Positions 11,617 to 26,384 of a DNA stretch of 64,000 bases are shown here, piece by piece. Each line of letters begins with the position of its first letter. The first letter of the stretch is position 1. A program made the translations under genes and the position numbers. The notes below the pieces were generated by a model. It made no database searches and was not told the origin of the DNA. It saw only the letters and a list, made by a program, of their open reading frames with translations. The DNA comes from Azolla caroliniana (taxonomy: Eukaryota > Plantae > Polypodiophyta). The stretch covers positions 1,674,001 through 1,738,000 of the forward strand of contig JBHGNT010000016.1 of assembly GCA_043228905.1 (NCBI GenBank). Reading direction: 5' to 3'.

Positions 11617-14241
11617 AAGAAAGAAGAAAGAAAGATATATTAACGTCTTCTAAGGCCAAATTTGGCCCATGAGACAAATAGGTTACAACAAAAATGAGTG
11701 TTTATCCAATCATCAAAACTAAAATAAAAGAAAATAGCTTAAGCTAAGAAAGTTCTAGTAGTGTACAAAACTTTGCACTAAGCCTAATCTCATTTCCACC
11801 CAAGTCTCTCAAAAAGAAGTGGGAGGTCAAAAGTTTTTGGTGTGGGTGTGACCCATGGTCCCGATGCATAGAGTGCCCTAGCCATGGCTTCTAGGCGGTG
11901 TAGTTCACATTCCCTTATTTTCTTTATTGCTTCTACATCTCGTTCAGTTGCTTTGAAACCCGACATCCGAGGGCGTTTGGTTCTTCTTTGATTTTCTGCT
12001 TCATCAAGGAAAAGTCTGAGTGGTGCAGGTGTGTCGACATTCATTGTCTCCCCCTGTTCCTTAAAAACTTCATTTGTTATATGTTGGTAAACATTAGCAA
12101 CATTATTATCAACGTTTTGTAATTTATTCTCTCTGTGTTGTTTCAATTCTAAGATGTATCTACCTAATTTCTTTATATCTAGTGTATCTAATAGTTTAGG
12201 GAGGGTGGGAGAGGAACCAAGTATGTCTTGGTATTTTGCCCTTATCTCGGCATAGGTGGGGCATTTGCATGTAAAATGGTACTCATCCTCTATCTCTATG
12301 TGGCATAACCTACATATCCTTTCCTCCCTAGGGACTCCATTAGTACGTCCATTCTCAATCTCAAGTTGGTGAGATGATATTCTAAGTTGATCAATGGCAA
12401 CCCTTAGTGCATGTGGTAAGAATACATCTAGATATTTTGGGCGCGTGATAAAACCTAACTCAGAGAAGTGCATAAAGTGTTCCTTATAGTACGACATTTT
12501 AGATGGGAGTGGCTCTAGTGGGGTGATCCATTTATACCGAGTATAAATTTGCCATATTTCTTGGTGTATTACTTTATTACGGTCCTCACAAGAGATTAAA
12601 GTGTTATCAGTCGTGTGGTCGTACTTAAGGGGGGGGAGGTTAGTAATGTCTAGACCGTTGGCAAGAAGCCAACTCACCATCATGCCATACCATGAGCTAG
12701 TTTAGCCGGACTCATACAGTGCTCGAGAAGCCTTAAAGGCTTGGTGGGATATTCTATCAAGTGGTTGGTTATGTAACCTGTGTATAAAGACTACCAGTTG
12801 AAAAAGTGCTTCTACTAACATAGGGGGTAGAGTGAACTCAGCCCTAATAATGTCATGTGGGACCGACGATTTGCTTCGAAGTTGGCGTGATAACATCATC
12901 ACCAATGGTCTCTCTAATTGCGCCCACATGAAAGATGGTAGTCTTGGGGCCCAAACCGCTGATGCATACATGAGAGAGGGAGTCACTAATGAGTCAAAGA
13001 GCCACCCTTTAGTTCGTGGCTCTTGGAAGTATGCTTGGTGGCATTGTCTCTCGAGGAGTGAGAGGGATGCATATCCTCTTGTAAGTCTATCCTTCGCTGG
13101 TTGTGTCATCGAAAATTTACCTGAGCGGGCACTGAAAGTGACTTCGAGATAGACATATGATCCAACCACCTCAACTAGGCTATGGGAGATAGTTAGGTGA
13201 CACTTAGCTCTAACTTGGGCCGACGTGTGGAAGATAAGGACTTTCGTTTTCCCTAGATTCACTACCAATCCTCGTTGTGTGCAAAAGTCATCTAAGGCAT
13301 TGAGGTGCCTTTGTAGGTCGTGTTCGGATTCAGAGAGCAAAACTATGTCGTCTGCATAGAGCAAGATACGCACCTGCGTATCCCCAAGGACTACTCCATT
13401 GCCTCCCTTACGAGCAATAAAATCTGTGATCTCATCAATGTAGATCCCAAAAAGAGTTGGAGATAAGGGGCAACCTTGTTTTACACCAATAGTGCTAGTG
13501 AAACTATCGGATATGCCGCCTGGGCATCAAACACACCCAGACACTTGTTCATATAGTGCGTAGATGGCCCACACCATGTCATCTGGTATCCTCAAGTTCT
13601 TAAGCCTATCAAACAACCGCTCTCTAGGGACCGTGTCAAAGGCTTTGCGGAAGTCCACAAAACAACAATATAGTTTCTTCTTGCGAGCCTTAGTCTGGTC
13701 AATCAAGCATCTAAGTGTGAAGATATGGTCAATAGTGGAGAAGGCTCGTCTAAAGCCAGCTTGTTCAGGTGCACGAAGATTTAAGGTCTCCATATACTCG
13801 CTAAGCTCTGCCTCCATTACTGCACCATATAATTTAGCAAGGGTATGACCTATCATAATGGTCCTATAAGTATTTGGGTCCATGGGGGGCCCCCCCTTTA
13901 TGTATGAGGGCCACTGTGTTCATGGTCCATTCTGGTGGAAAACCCTCTGCGAGGGCACGATTGAAGATTAGAGTTAGCAAGGGAGCTAGGCACTCTCTCG
14001 CGTATATGATGTGTTCTGCTAGCAATCCTGTGTGGTCCATGGACTTCCTATGTTGTAATTTCTTTATGACCTTCGTGACCCTAGAGATCGTGAAGAGTGT
14101 CTCCACAGTAGGTCGCGGTGTAGAAGGCATTGGAATGGGTGGTTGGTTTGGGATGTGGTAAAGTCTCTCTCTATAAGTGTGCCAAGTTTCGGGATCTTCG
14201 ATGGGTGTTTGTGGTCTTGGTTCCCGTAATCTCTTCCATGC
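11617..14241 (-). mobile_element. 5'-truncated RTEX/RTE-type non-LTR retrotransposon (RT plus C-terminal CCHC), degenerate
   Basis: ORF pieces QAGFRRAFSTIDHIFTL, CFVDFRKAFDTVPR, VKQGCPLSPTLFG, LLYADDIVL and LRISSHQLEIENGR...CRLC...EDEYHF..C. Frameshifts and stops are present. (TTTC)n tail on the sense strand, with (GA)n on both flanks. Confidence 0.9.
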
Positions 14242-14263
14242 AGAGAGAGAGAGAGAGAGAGAG

Positions 14264-14304
<41 letters not shown>
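14242..14304. repeat. Compound (GA)n(GT)n microsatellite
   Basis: Seen directly, at the 5' truncation point of the RTEX copy. Confidence 0.95.
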
Positions 14305-14306
<2 letters not shown>

Positions 14307-15011
14307 TCTTAATGTTCGATGTTCCCACTAGTCCTTTTTCATCAACTAAGTCTTGAGAGAGTATGTTTAAGTTTTAGTTGTTAGGTTGTAACTCGTGTTT
14401 AAGTATTGTGTCTCCCTAACTTCGAAATTCATACAAGATCGACACACAAGAAACGTTGTTACAAGCATGACCGTAATCAAAGTTCTCTAACCTTATGGTT
14501 TGTTGAGGCTAATTCATAAGAAATGAAGGGTAAGTGTTGAATCATTCTCAATCATATGGTGGGGGATAATTATAGAGCGTTTCATCACTTGATTACATAT
14601 AAGGAAGCAATGAAGTGTAAATGGTAATGGGAACATTTTAAAGATTGGTATTTTTATAATGTATTTATAAGTTGCATGAGATGTCAATAATAATCCCATT
14701 TCCATAATACAAAGAGGTTGTCAAATTGGTTCCACATTGCTACAAGTTTAAGCATACATGTGATCATTGATGACAATAAATCAAGGCCTATATATTGGTA
14801 TTTGATTATGTCAACTAGAACAAGCTTCTTTCGCATGCATTTTACAATTCTATATTGAATAAAAAGGTTTTCCAACAAGCAAGTCGTAAATTGTAATACT
14901 ACACATGTCAATATATGGTTCGTTTATGAAACACATAATGCATTTGGTATATTAAGTGACTGTACAAATAATTTATTGTTTCATTACAAAGGAGATATAC
15001 TAATAGTATTC

Positions 15012-18000
15012 TTAATAATATTTTTTCCAAATAGGATGTTGCTTCCATAAGTCTGCTATATCTTCTAAAGGTACAAGCTTGGTTTCGGGAAACAAGAAAT
15101 AAGTAAATATTGTCATAACAAACACCCAACCAGCAAAGAAAAAGAAGATTGATGCTTTGAGGTGGCAAAGCATAGCTAGAAATGTTTGTGCTGTTGCAAA
15201 GACGAAGAGCATTAATACACCAATATTAATACTTTGACCTAGAGGTCTTATTTCCAATGGAAATATCTCACTAGGCACAATCCAAGCCAAAGGACCCCAA
15301 GAAAGTGAGAAACACACACAATATAAACATATAAGGATTACGCCAAGTATGCCAAATCCTTTTGATACTGTATTGTGGTCTCCTAGCTTCCATTGGAATA
15401 AAAGGCCTACAAGAACCTACAAGATAAATAAATATATTAGTTTATAGTCGATAACATGTGAATTGGATACTTATCCAAGTTAGCATGATTAATTATTATG
15501 TAAACAATACAATTCACCTACTAGAAAATTAATAAGCGGACCTTTTTTAATGCATTTATGGTATATGAACATCCTTAATGTGAAATATAAATATGAAGTA
15601 TTCTAGAAACATCAACATGGTTTGATGAATCCCTATGAACCACCATACATTAAACATTAATTGGATAAATGTTGGAACCATGAGTTTTCTTTATAGTTAT
15701 CTACACTCACCAAGAAAAGGAACATTGTGATTCCACCATAACAAAACAATATTCGTCTACCAAACTTGTCCAAGACAAAGGCTGCAAGGATAGTGCATCC
15801 AATGCTAATGACACCAAGAATTACTGCAGAGTAGAGAGATGCATTGTGTCCAAATCCAAGTGTTTGAAACAAAACCGGAGAATAAAATGTGATGAGGTTA
15901 ATTCCAGTGACCTACATCAACAACACAAGAAAATGCACGTGCCATTTAATATACTATCAAAATCATAGCTTTAAATTAATGTAGCAATATCATCAAACAT
16001 AATAATGCTAGAAAAGTTGGGGTAATATATGAAGCATGAGGTTAGTAGTTTCATAACGTTCAGGAGATCAATAACTTACTCACAAAGAAAGCATTGATAT
16101 ATAACATGTTAATGCATCAATTGACTCATTGAATATTTCAAACTCACTACTTAAAAGATTTAAGTGAAATTACTTATTGCTTATAAACTTGACTCATTAA
16201 GTCCTTTTAGCATAATATCAAGTTAACCTCACAAGTGTTATAGTTCGGCATCGGAATAGCAATATGAACGTTGCAACATTACAAAACATTTGATAAGAGA
16301 GAATTAAGTTTAAGTTCTTTGTTTGTACGCACATGTTTATTTAATGACATGATTTCCATATGTGCTTGTAATAGATTGAACGTAGCATCTCACTATTAGT
16401 TGATTGTGGCATGTGCACATAAGTTTATGTATAATTTGTTGTAGTTTTATTGAGAAAAAAAGAATCTCCAAAACCTTGAAGTCAAGACCCTCTACATATT
16501 GAAGATTTAGTGTTCTAAGATTAAGGTATTTGGTCAACAAAAATCATGATTAATGGATGTCTTGGTAAATATATAGTCTTCAGCTGAACAGTAAGTGATA
16601 GCTAAACGATCCACCTTTCAGTCCAATGTGTCCAGAGTATTTGAGATATTTTTTAGCTCTCCAGTTAAGTTAGACAACTAGAAAGTCAAATTTTCTATGT
16701 CACATTAATGGCTTTAAAAAAGTTCCTTTCAAGTCGTAATAAAGTTTGTATCCTATAAGTTATAACTATGTCATTCATGAGTATTTAACATCATCTCAAG
16801 CTTAAAACTTTGAATATAATCTAAACAAATAAGTACCTATGAACAACAAGAGTGAATCTCTAGTGAGCATCGTTACAGGTGGATTCAAAGATAGGGTTAG
16901 GCAAACTTGCACATTAGTTGTTTGAAGGGAGGACGAAGCGGCACGAGAATACTTCTCCGACTTGTGGCATCGTAGCCATCAGAATTAATCGCGGTCTCAA
17001 CAACCCACTTGACTCGCACCTTCACCAGAAAATCAACCGACTCCCCAAATTTGTTCTGTTTAAGCTTAATGGTTTATCTTCTAATCGTTCAATGTTTCAC
17101 TTCTCATTGTTGTCGTTGTATCTAACCAATATATACATTTGTAACCCTATTTTATAAAATGTTTTTCTTTGCTTAATCTATCATTTTTGGGCTAAAAAGA
17201 GACTCATTTTTTGTCTTAATATTGTGAAAATCCTTCATAATTTCATTTTCCTTGTGCTAATAATGTATTTTGATCCCAACCTCACGTGTTAATCATTGTT
17301 CAACTGGTCACTCCTTTCGAGTCTTAAGAGCCTTTGAGACTTATGAGCCTTTGAAATGGTAACTAGTTCCTAGACTTGACTTAAAATTTTGATGTGATTT
17401 ATCTTCATTGTCCATTTTTCTAATAGCTTCTTGTGGCAAAATGTTAAATTGCTTCATCAATAACATGTTCACTTTGTGAATATCTTTAGGATGAATTGAA
17501 ACTATCATCATACCTGCTGGAAAAATGGAATGCAAAAGGCCATAATTAATTGAGGACGATATTTTCGTTGAAGGATATCTCTCCAAGGTCGTTGTGCAGT
17601 CTTTGATGTCTCCACTGCTTTAATAATATCATTGAGTTCATCTTGCACATCATGGGTTCCTCTTATCTTTTGTAGTACACAAAGAGCTTCATCTAGATGT
17701 TGCCTTTGTATGAGGCTACTTGGGGAATCAGGCATCCAGACGGAACCAATGGTTATGATCGATGCCGGAACAAACGCCAAACCAAGTGACAACCTCCAAC
17801 CATAAGGCACGATGTTTCCAGTTCCGTAATTTACTAGAAAAGCCGCGGTTCCCCCCATTGTTATTGTTATTTGAAACATTGTTGTCAATTTACCTCGAAG
17901 TTTTGGTGTTGCCATTTCTGACAAGTATAATGGTACAGCCTATCACCAAAAGAGATCACAAGATAAATTCTTTTTGAAAATCTATTTCTTGAATGGAAAT

Positions 18001-19798
18001 ATTGATTACATGATATCAAATATCAAAGTGGACTTCATCAATAAAAACAATAATTTGTATAGTCATAGTGCAAGGGATGATAATACGTATATAAATCCAT
18101 ATACAAACATACATAGTTTTCCATTGTTGCAAAATATTAGGTCTCTAAGTAGACATATTCTCATTGTCTAATTCTCCAATGAAATTCACATCATGGTTAT
18201 CTTTATATAACATATCTCTTTGGAGTGTCAATCTTGTATACTGTATATCTCCATGATTTTTGCTCTTAGATTGTTCATTCTTAACGGCATGCCTAATTCA
18301 TAACAAATGACTATTTGTTTCGTAATAGTAGAATCTTTAGGATATAAAGATGTCCATTTTCCACAATCATGACCTATGATTGGTTTATGCATCATAAATT
18401 TAGGATTATGTTTTATCGATTGTGTTTGGGATTAAGAAAAATGTTGGTTTATGTTGGGATATCAATTACGAATCCTTAATGCTTGTCGGCTATTATCTCG
18501 TCATTGGTCTTGAAACATTGGGATAAACAATGTTTCTTGCTATACTAACACTGCATAGTTTAAGCATGATTTGGGATTTAGGTGAGCATATAAGTCTAAT
18601 ATTACAAAATGATAAAAGAATATATATAGGGTTAGAGAGACAAGAGTGGGGAAAGATAAGAGGGATTAGGGGACTAGAGAGTGAGGATATTTGTCTTGTA
18701 TCCTTCTAATTCTAATATATATCCATGTATACTTTGAAAGAACAATTATGCCTTTGCATCAAGAGTTTTGGAAAATGTGATGCATGAAATATTACGATAT
18801 GTTATCACCCTTAAAAGAAGACACAATAGGTCTACCTCTGTTGGTAAGGTCTTATTCTATAAAAGGATCATGTGATCTAACGCAATATTCCTAACATTCC
18901 TTACCATTACAAGTTACAATCATGATACGGAAAAATTAAACCCTATGTATGCTTGTGACCATGTGGCTGAACATTAGTGTGTTGGATAATGAGATTTCAA
19001 AACATGCCTCGAAAGTTGACACCCAAGTGTGACCTTGATACACGAGGTTGTAGATTTTTGGACAAAAGTAGACTCCCAAAGGCAAGCTCGATGGCCAAGG
19101 CGATAGAGTCTACACCAAGCCATTGGACATGAAACCAAGAGCTCTTGAACCCCGAGTGTGTACTAGAAAACATTTTGGGGGGAAAGAGGGAGAGAGAGTG
19201 TGGACTAACTTGGCAAGTGAAACCGAGGCCGATGCCAAGGGCGATGCGACCGGCAATGAGCATGGACAAGTTTTGGGCGGCGGCATCGATGACGGAGCCG
19301 AGCAAGAAGAAGACGGCGCCGATGAGAATGGAGGCCTTGCGGCCATGTGTCCGGGTGATGCGGGACGCGGCCAAGAGCGTGGTGAGCAGTGCGGCCATGT
19401 AGAGCGAAGACGTGAAGAGTGTCAGAACCTCGCTGTCGAAGAGACAGTAATTGTCCGTTTTCACATTGTGCCGCTTCTCGTACACGTCCGGGAAGAACTT
19501 CAGCAAGAAATCGTCCATGGACGTCACCCCCCCTTGTAACCAAACAATCAATCATATGTATTTATATACATATACATACATACATATACATACATGTGTG
19601 TGTGTGTGTAGATTTAGGGTTTTGGATTCATGAGGGGAGAGTAGATTCTGAAAAAAAAGAGAAAAGGCAATGGATGTTCTTCTTGATCATTTATTTACCT
19701 GAGATTCCTAGATCATAGCCAAAGAGGAGCCCACCACAAGATGCAGTCATGCAGATGAACATCAAGAAAGGGGTAACACCGCTGCCATTAGGACCCAT
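15012..19798 (-). CDS. STP: Sugar transport protein (STP-family MFS sugar/H+ symporter), copy A, 484 aa, 5 exons
   Basis: Exons 19798-19699, 19532-19210, 17939-17514, 15911-15711, 15416-15012, all GT-AG with consistent phases and no stops. Motifs [87 protein letters not shown], PETK. Confidence 0.95.
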
Positions 19799-21516
19799 TA
19801 TGTATATTAAATGCCTAATTCCTATCCCTAATCTCCTTAAAAATAAAATTTAGAAACCTAATCCAACCCTACCTCATAGAGCACTAACATAACTTTTTTA
19901 ATTGATCTCCAGTATCTAATCGGGATTCAAAGAACCCTAATCCCCATAATCCCAAGTTGTAGGTAGAGAAACCCTAATCATTTATTTTCTAGCATTGGCA
20001 TTCATATGCTGCACTCCAATCCCAGCTACTAACCCAATAACTCCAATAACCTGACCCCAACAATCCAACCCTAACCCTAAGCCTAACCCTAAGCCTGGCA
20101 ATGCAGAAGTCAAGTGCTCCTGCTGAAATTGGGTATCTTCAAAGGGTCTGAAGTCATGTGGTTCCATTGAACTTGGGTATTTCAGTTGTCTTATCTGTAG
20201 GTGTCTGTTTTTGTTGTGTAGCTCAATGTGTGACTGGTGTAGAGTAAAAGCTTTTGGCCCACACCTCCTTTCACACTTTCCTTCTTGTTACCACCTCCTC
20301 CTATCCACATTTGACAATTACCCGAGATCTTGCCCGCCCATATCTAGTCATCATTCCGTGACTCGTTTCTTGAGTCATACACCCATTATCTTATGCTGTC
20401 TCACTTGGAACACTACAACTCTTGATCCATTCACGGCGAAATGTTGGACCACTACCTCTTGCTCAAATGCCACGACTCTCATGACAAATAATGGTATCTT
20501 GTCAATACACATGACACCTCCCTTGTCAACATGTCGTAACTCGATCGATAACAAAAAATAATATCTTTTTCCAAATAACATGATTCGATGACAAATGATA
20601 GTACGTATTAAATGATGTATACATAAAGTGACATATATTAGTTAGTTACCCCTCGATTACTTCTAGGGATAGATATATATTTGACTAACATGATTCCATA
20701 GAACATTGAATATGATTGCTGGGATAGGGTTGCAAACTTGGGTTCGATGATAAGATATAAACCACCAAGCCAATAAAATATAGAGTTTTGCCAAATCTTT
20801 TGGAGATTTTGAGGTCATTACTAGTTCAGTACACTAATGTTGCATGTAGTTTAGGACGAGTATTATCCGTTGTAACAATTGTGCGTGAAGTGGGGGTTTG
20901 AAAATTTGAATCCACAACTTTAGGTTCCTAGCTTGAATGTCTCCTAAAAAAGTCCTAGTGTGGCCATGACTTTTATGAAATGAAGCAAAGAGATAGAGAA
21001 ACATGTTAGGGTTATGACAATCCAAATCCACTTAATAAGACAAATCATGTCAATTTTCTATGGCCATCCATTACAAAGGCAAAGAACACACACACAATTT
21101 TCTTTGTTGGAGCAAGTAGAAATCCTTTCCTGAGTGGTATGTTCATCTTGTTTATTGGTTGGGTAGCTCAATGTGTGCGTGTGTGTATGTGCATGTTTGC
21201 ACAATAACCTCGTTGTTACGAGATGTCTACCACTTAGATGGTGCTCCTTATCAAATATTTCGAAAGACAACAAGGGGAGTCTATTATTTGAGTTGTTTGA
21301 TACACTATATTTGAATAAAGAAATAAAATAGTTCGTTGTTTGTCTTGTATACGTGTAAAGTGCTTCTACAAAAATTAGTAGTTATTTATCACAATGTGTT
21401 TTTTACTTGCCCATAGTAATCAAACAATTGACATCCGTAGACACAATATTACCAATGTAGCGACTTCATTTGGTACCTTTATCTCTCTCTCTATCTCTCT
21501 CTCTCTCTCTCTCTCT

Positions 21517-22264
21517 TGGTAAAAGCACACAATTATATTAATTGTATGTAAAATCCACTTAGTTACAACACTTCTTAGTCTCCTCTACCTATCATATACC
21601 TATGTAGGGAGAGGGACGTTCTGTAATGCTACTAAAAAACCTGAATATGCATTTGAGTAAATGATCCCCACATGCTCTAACATCCAAAAATTCCACATGA
21701 GAATACCTTTAAGCTTCTTTATATAGGCTTTCACCCCATGTCTATTATCAAACATGAAAGCATTACGCATATTCCAATTGTATTATAGACCCCAATAACG
21801 TAAAAATTGGAACAATATCTCCATCTCATCATTTGATCCATTTTGAACATAATGAGAAAAAACCCATTGTTGAGGTCTCAAACAACAATAGGTTAAAACT
21901 TGCCAAATGTTCAATAAGTACTTCCAAATGGTACACGCTATAGGAGGACATTTAATGAACCTATGTGTACTATCCTCCAATGGAACGGTGCAAAAAAACA
22001 AGTGCCAAACCCTAGTCCTCGTCTCTTTAAGGCCGAACCTAATGGGAGCTCACCAATCATGACTCTCCATATGAATACCTTTGCACGAAATGGTAGATGG
22101 GAATGCCAACCATGTTGTAATATTTTCCACCACCTTGCAACTGACTTATTTACATTCCACACCTTCGTTGCTTTAGGAGATAGCCAAGATATTGATGCCA
22201 TCACATGATGACACAATATATTTGTAGTGACCTGTAATAAGCGTGTACCATCTTGTAACCGCCA
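21517..22264 (-). mobile_element. L1-clade LINE 3' fragment (zf-RVT region)
   Basis: KVFIWRVMIGELPLGSALKRRG...CFFC...EDSTHRFIKCP...IWK. Flanked on both sides by (TC)n (21482-21516, 22265-22285). Confidence 0.8.
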
Positions 22265-25200
22265 TCTCTCTCTCTCTCTCTCTCTATGATGTGAAGCAAT
22301 CGTGGCCATTTGATGTTACTTCCTCCCATCATTTACTACATGCACAAACCTCACACAATTTGACATTAGACACCAAGCCTAGATTTGTAGGCACATGCAT
22401 ATGTTGTATGCTTAATGGTAAGAATGACCTCATGAAAATTCTTGAGACATGCAGCCACACCCTCTCCACTAGAAAAGGAGATTGCCCTTTAATGTTATTA
22501 TTGGTTCCATTGGTCATGTTACTAAGTTCTAACCTTCCAAGGATGTTAAAATATCAATATAGACGTCTTTCTCCTCCAATAGAAAACAAAATTTTAATAT
22601 GTAATCTCTTATTTGGATACATATGCCATTTTTACCCCTCTCTCTCTCTCCATATAAATGGTAATGGTAACATTTTACGGAATGTTATTTTTATATTGTA
22701 TTTATAAATTGCATGAGATGTCAAAAATAATCCAATTTCCATAATACAAGGCAGGTTGTCAAATTGGTTCCACATTGTTACATCAACATGTTTAAGCATA
22801 CATGTGATAAATGATGAAAATAAATCAAGGCCCATACATTGGTATTTGATTATGTCAACTAGTAATACTACGCATGTCAATATATGCTTCGTTTATGAAA
22901 CGCATAATGCATTTGGTAGCTTAGGTAACAGTCGGCAACGCGAAACCACGGCTAAACGGTTAAAACGGTTTGGTTTGGTTTAGGTTCACGCTTTTTTTTA
23001 ACGGTTCATTTTCAACGGTTAGAAACCGTGATTTAATGGTTTTTTAATTTATAATTTTTTAAAAATTGTTTTAAAATCTACTGAGTGAGCAAGCTCAACA
23101 TGGGCCGGATTGATTGAATAAGTGGGGTGCCATATCGGTGAGCTGGATTCGGAGAACCAAAACGGAAGGCCAGATCCGAAGAGCCAGACCCACGTGTGAA
23201 CCGATAGGCTGTTAGAGACCTACACTCGTAGACTACTAGGTAGTTAGTGTCAGTAGCTCAGTACGAGCATTGAAGTACTTGTCAATACTTCAGTCGGTCC
23301 TTTATGGACTTGTATAAAAATGTGTTTCGTAGAACATTGGATGTACAGAGTTTTAGAGTAGTTTTTTGAAATTAAGTCTTTCACTGTTCTGCTCTCTCTG
23401 TCTCTCCTGCATACACTGTGTATGATTCAAGCTTCCATTAAACATTGTCTATGTTTTTCTGTTGCTATCCAGCAAGCCAATTTGTCTAAGCTTCCACATA
23501 TTAACTTTTACATGGTATCAGAGTGCGGGGGTTGAGAACCTCAACTGCCGACAAGCGATTCGTAAAAGACAAACCCAAATCCAACATTCGGTAAGAATAG
23601 ACAGAAGAAGGTATGAACAGAGGGATGGCAAGCTCACTTGCTACTGAGAAGCTCGATAGAAATAACTATGCATCTTGGTCGTACAAGATGCACCAATATC
23701 TACTCGGACATGGATATTGGAGCTATGTCAAGGGAGCAAATGAAGTAGCGTTGGAACCGACATACAAGGACTTCCCGGCATGGGAACAAGGAGCGAGTAG
23801 AGTGTTGTACTACCTCGCGCCCTGTGTGCACGACCAAATGCTCGACTACATCAGAAACACAAAGTCGCCGAAGGAGGCATGGGAAAATCTTCGAAAGATT
23901 TTCACCACAAGTACCACGACACAGAAGTTGCAGCTCTGGCAAGAGCTAAACGATATTCGACAAAGGGACATGTCAGTCACCGACTATTCCACCAAGATCA
24001 AGGAGAGGCTCCATCAACGTGACAGTGGACAAAGACGAGATGGTGCAGATCTGCCTTGGTGGTCTAGCGCGTGAGGTATGGGCCTATCCGGATAGCAAGT
24101 TGCATCCGGGAGAAGCCATTGCCCTTCTTCGACTTGCAATCAATGCTAATGGTCGACGAAAACCACGCAAGTGGGTCGAGGACCACTCAATCAGACAACC
24201 AGATGTTGTACACAGAGGCGGATCAACCCCGTGGGCGTGGAGAACGAGGTGGATCGACATGCAATAGCGGCAACCAACAAAAGTAAAACCAAAGGCACAA
24301 AAATAGTGCCAACAGAAATTCCGGACCCTCCACGAGTAGGGGGAGTCAAGATGACGTCGAAAACTGGGAATCAAAGGCCAACACAGAATGTTGGTATTGT
24401 GGCAAGAAAGGTCATCGAGGAAGCGAGTGTTGGAGGAAGCGTGCTGACACGGATAAATCCTGATCCTGCAAGGCCGGACAAGGGGGTCAGTATAACTCGC
24501 ACTGCGTAGACGGATCCGGAGGATCCGGAACCGGGAAGACTGAAAAAGAGCCCACCTTTGTGGAAGTGCAAGGCGAACTCGATGAAGAAGACCACTTCCA
24601 GATCGGAGGAAGTGTGGTACTTTGACTCTGGAATGTCTAACCATATGACGAACCATGAAGAGTGGTTCTCGTATCTAGAAAAGCCGGAGCAACCGGGAGT
24701 TGTTGAAACCGAAGATGACACTCCGCACCCGATTAAGCATGTCGGAGAAGTCCCCCCCCTGCCACGTCGGACAGAGAGGGAAGCTCATGAACGTGTTGCA
24801 CGTTCCGACAATTACGAAGAACCTTGTGTCAATCAGACATATCGTTGACCAAGGGATGCAGTTGCGATTTACGCATCTAGGGTGCTTCATCAAGGAAGAA
24901 GGCTAAATAATCACACAACGGCCCCGGGACGAGAGGATGTTTATCCTCAACGCCAATGACGTTGGTGCCGCTCTATTCGCGAAAGGACAGAAGGTCAAGT
25001 TGGATATCAACTTGTGGCATAAGCGGATAGGCCGCGTCAATTATCAAAGGCTTTAGGAAAATGCAATCGAAACGAATAGTTCTTGAATTGCCGAAATTCA
25101 GTGGTTGGAAGGCCCAAATTTGTGAAGCCTGCCAGCTTGGGAAGCAACATCGGCTTTCGCTCTCCACCGAAAGAAACCGAAGCCGCAACAAGCTTGATTT

Positions 25201-25708
25201 AATATATTCGGATGTATGGGGACCGACACAAAACGTTAGTCTTGGCGAGAGTCGATATTTCGTCTCCTTCATCGACGACTACAGTCGGCACACGTGGATC
25301 TATCTCATTGAGAATAAAAGCGAAGTCTTTGACTGTTTCCGGAACCTGCAAAGTCTTGTCGAACAGGAAATGGAAAGGAAGATAAAGTGTCTACGGTTGA
25401 ATGGCGGAAAAGAATACTTTTACGGCCAATTCAACAATTATCTACAACAAAAGGGAATTCGAAGAGAATTTAGGTGTAGATACACACCAAAACAAAACGG
25501 TGTGGCCGAGAGAAAGAACCGGTCGATTGTGGAGGCAACAAGGGTGATGCTTGAGGAGAAAAGCATGCCCAAGTTCTACAAGGCAGAGGGGGTCTGGACG
25601 GTTGTCTACATAGAGAACCGGATCGAGGATAAGGTATCAACACATGAGCTATAGTATGAGCGGAAGCCGAATTTAAGGCACCTTAGGGAATTCGGTAGCA
25701 TAGCCTAT

Positions 25709-26128
25709 GTGCATGTGCCAGATGAGAGGTGGAGAAAGTTGGACCCGAAGTTAGAGCAGTGCATACTAGTTGGCTACTCTCATGGGCAGAAGGGGTATAA
25801 GTTCTATAACCCCTAGACTAAGCAAGTACAAGTTGAGATGTTGAATTTGACGAGTCGGCATCTTGGCACTCTCTACCAACTCCAACCCCCGACTCCGACC
25901 CAATTCTGGAAGATGAGGCTAGTGCATGTGCCAGATGAGAGGCGGAGAAATTTGGACCCAAAATCTGAGAAGTATATACTAGTCGGCTTCTCTCATGAGT
26001 AGAAGGGGTATAAGTGCTATGGCCCCCGGACTAAGCAAGTACAAGTAAGCCAAGATGTCGAATTTCACGAGTCGGCATCCTGGTACTCTCTACCGACTCC
26101 AACCCTATTCCGGAAGATGAGGCTAGTG
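25709..26128. repeat. About 213-bp internal tandem duplication in the copia integrase C-terminus
   Basis: GTGCATGTGCCAGATGAGAGG...GAAGATGAGGCTAGTG begins at 25709 and again at 25922. Confidence 0.85.
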
Positions 26129-26384
26129 AGCCCGAAAAGATCCAGGCAGAACAAGAAGAAGGATTTTGTACTCTAGACTAGAGTCTGAATTCATTCAGTT
26201 AAGCGGTCCGAACGAGAGATTGAGTTGGAATGACCAATCCAATGAAGAGTCAGCAAGAAGCGGAGACTTGGTCGTGCTCTCCCCATGCAAAGAACCGAGG
26301 AGACGGTTCACTCACAAGGAGAAGGGTAAGAAGAACATGCCGGAGTACGACACCGACAGAGATGAGTAAGATCGGAGCGAATCC

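Noticed and set aside
19110-19555. Several overlapping ORFs on both strands
   Set aside because: By-products of the GC-rich STP exon 2.
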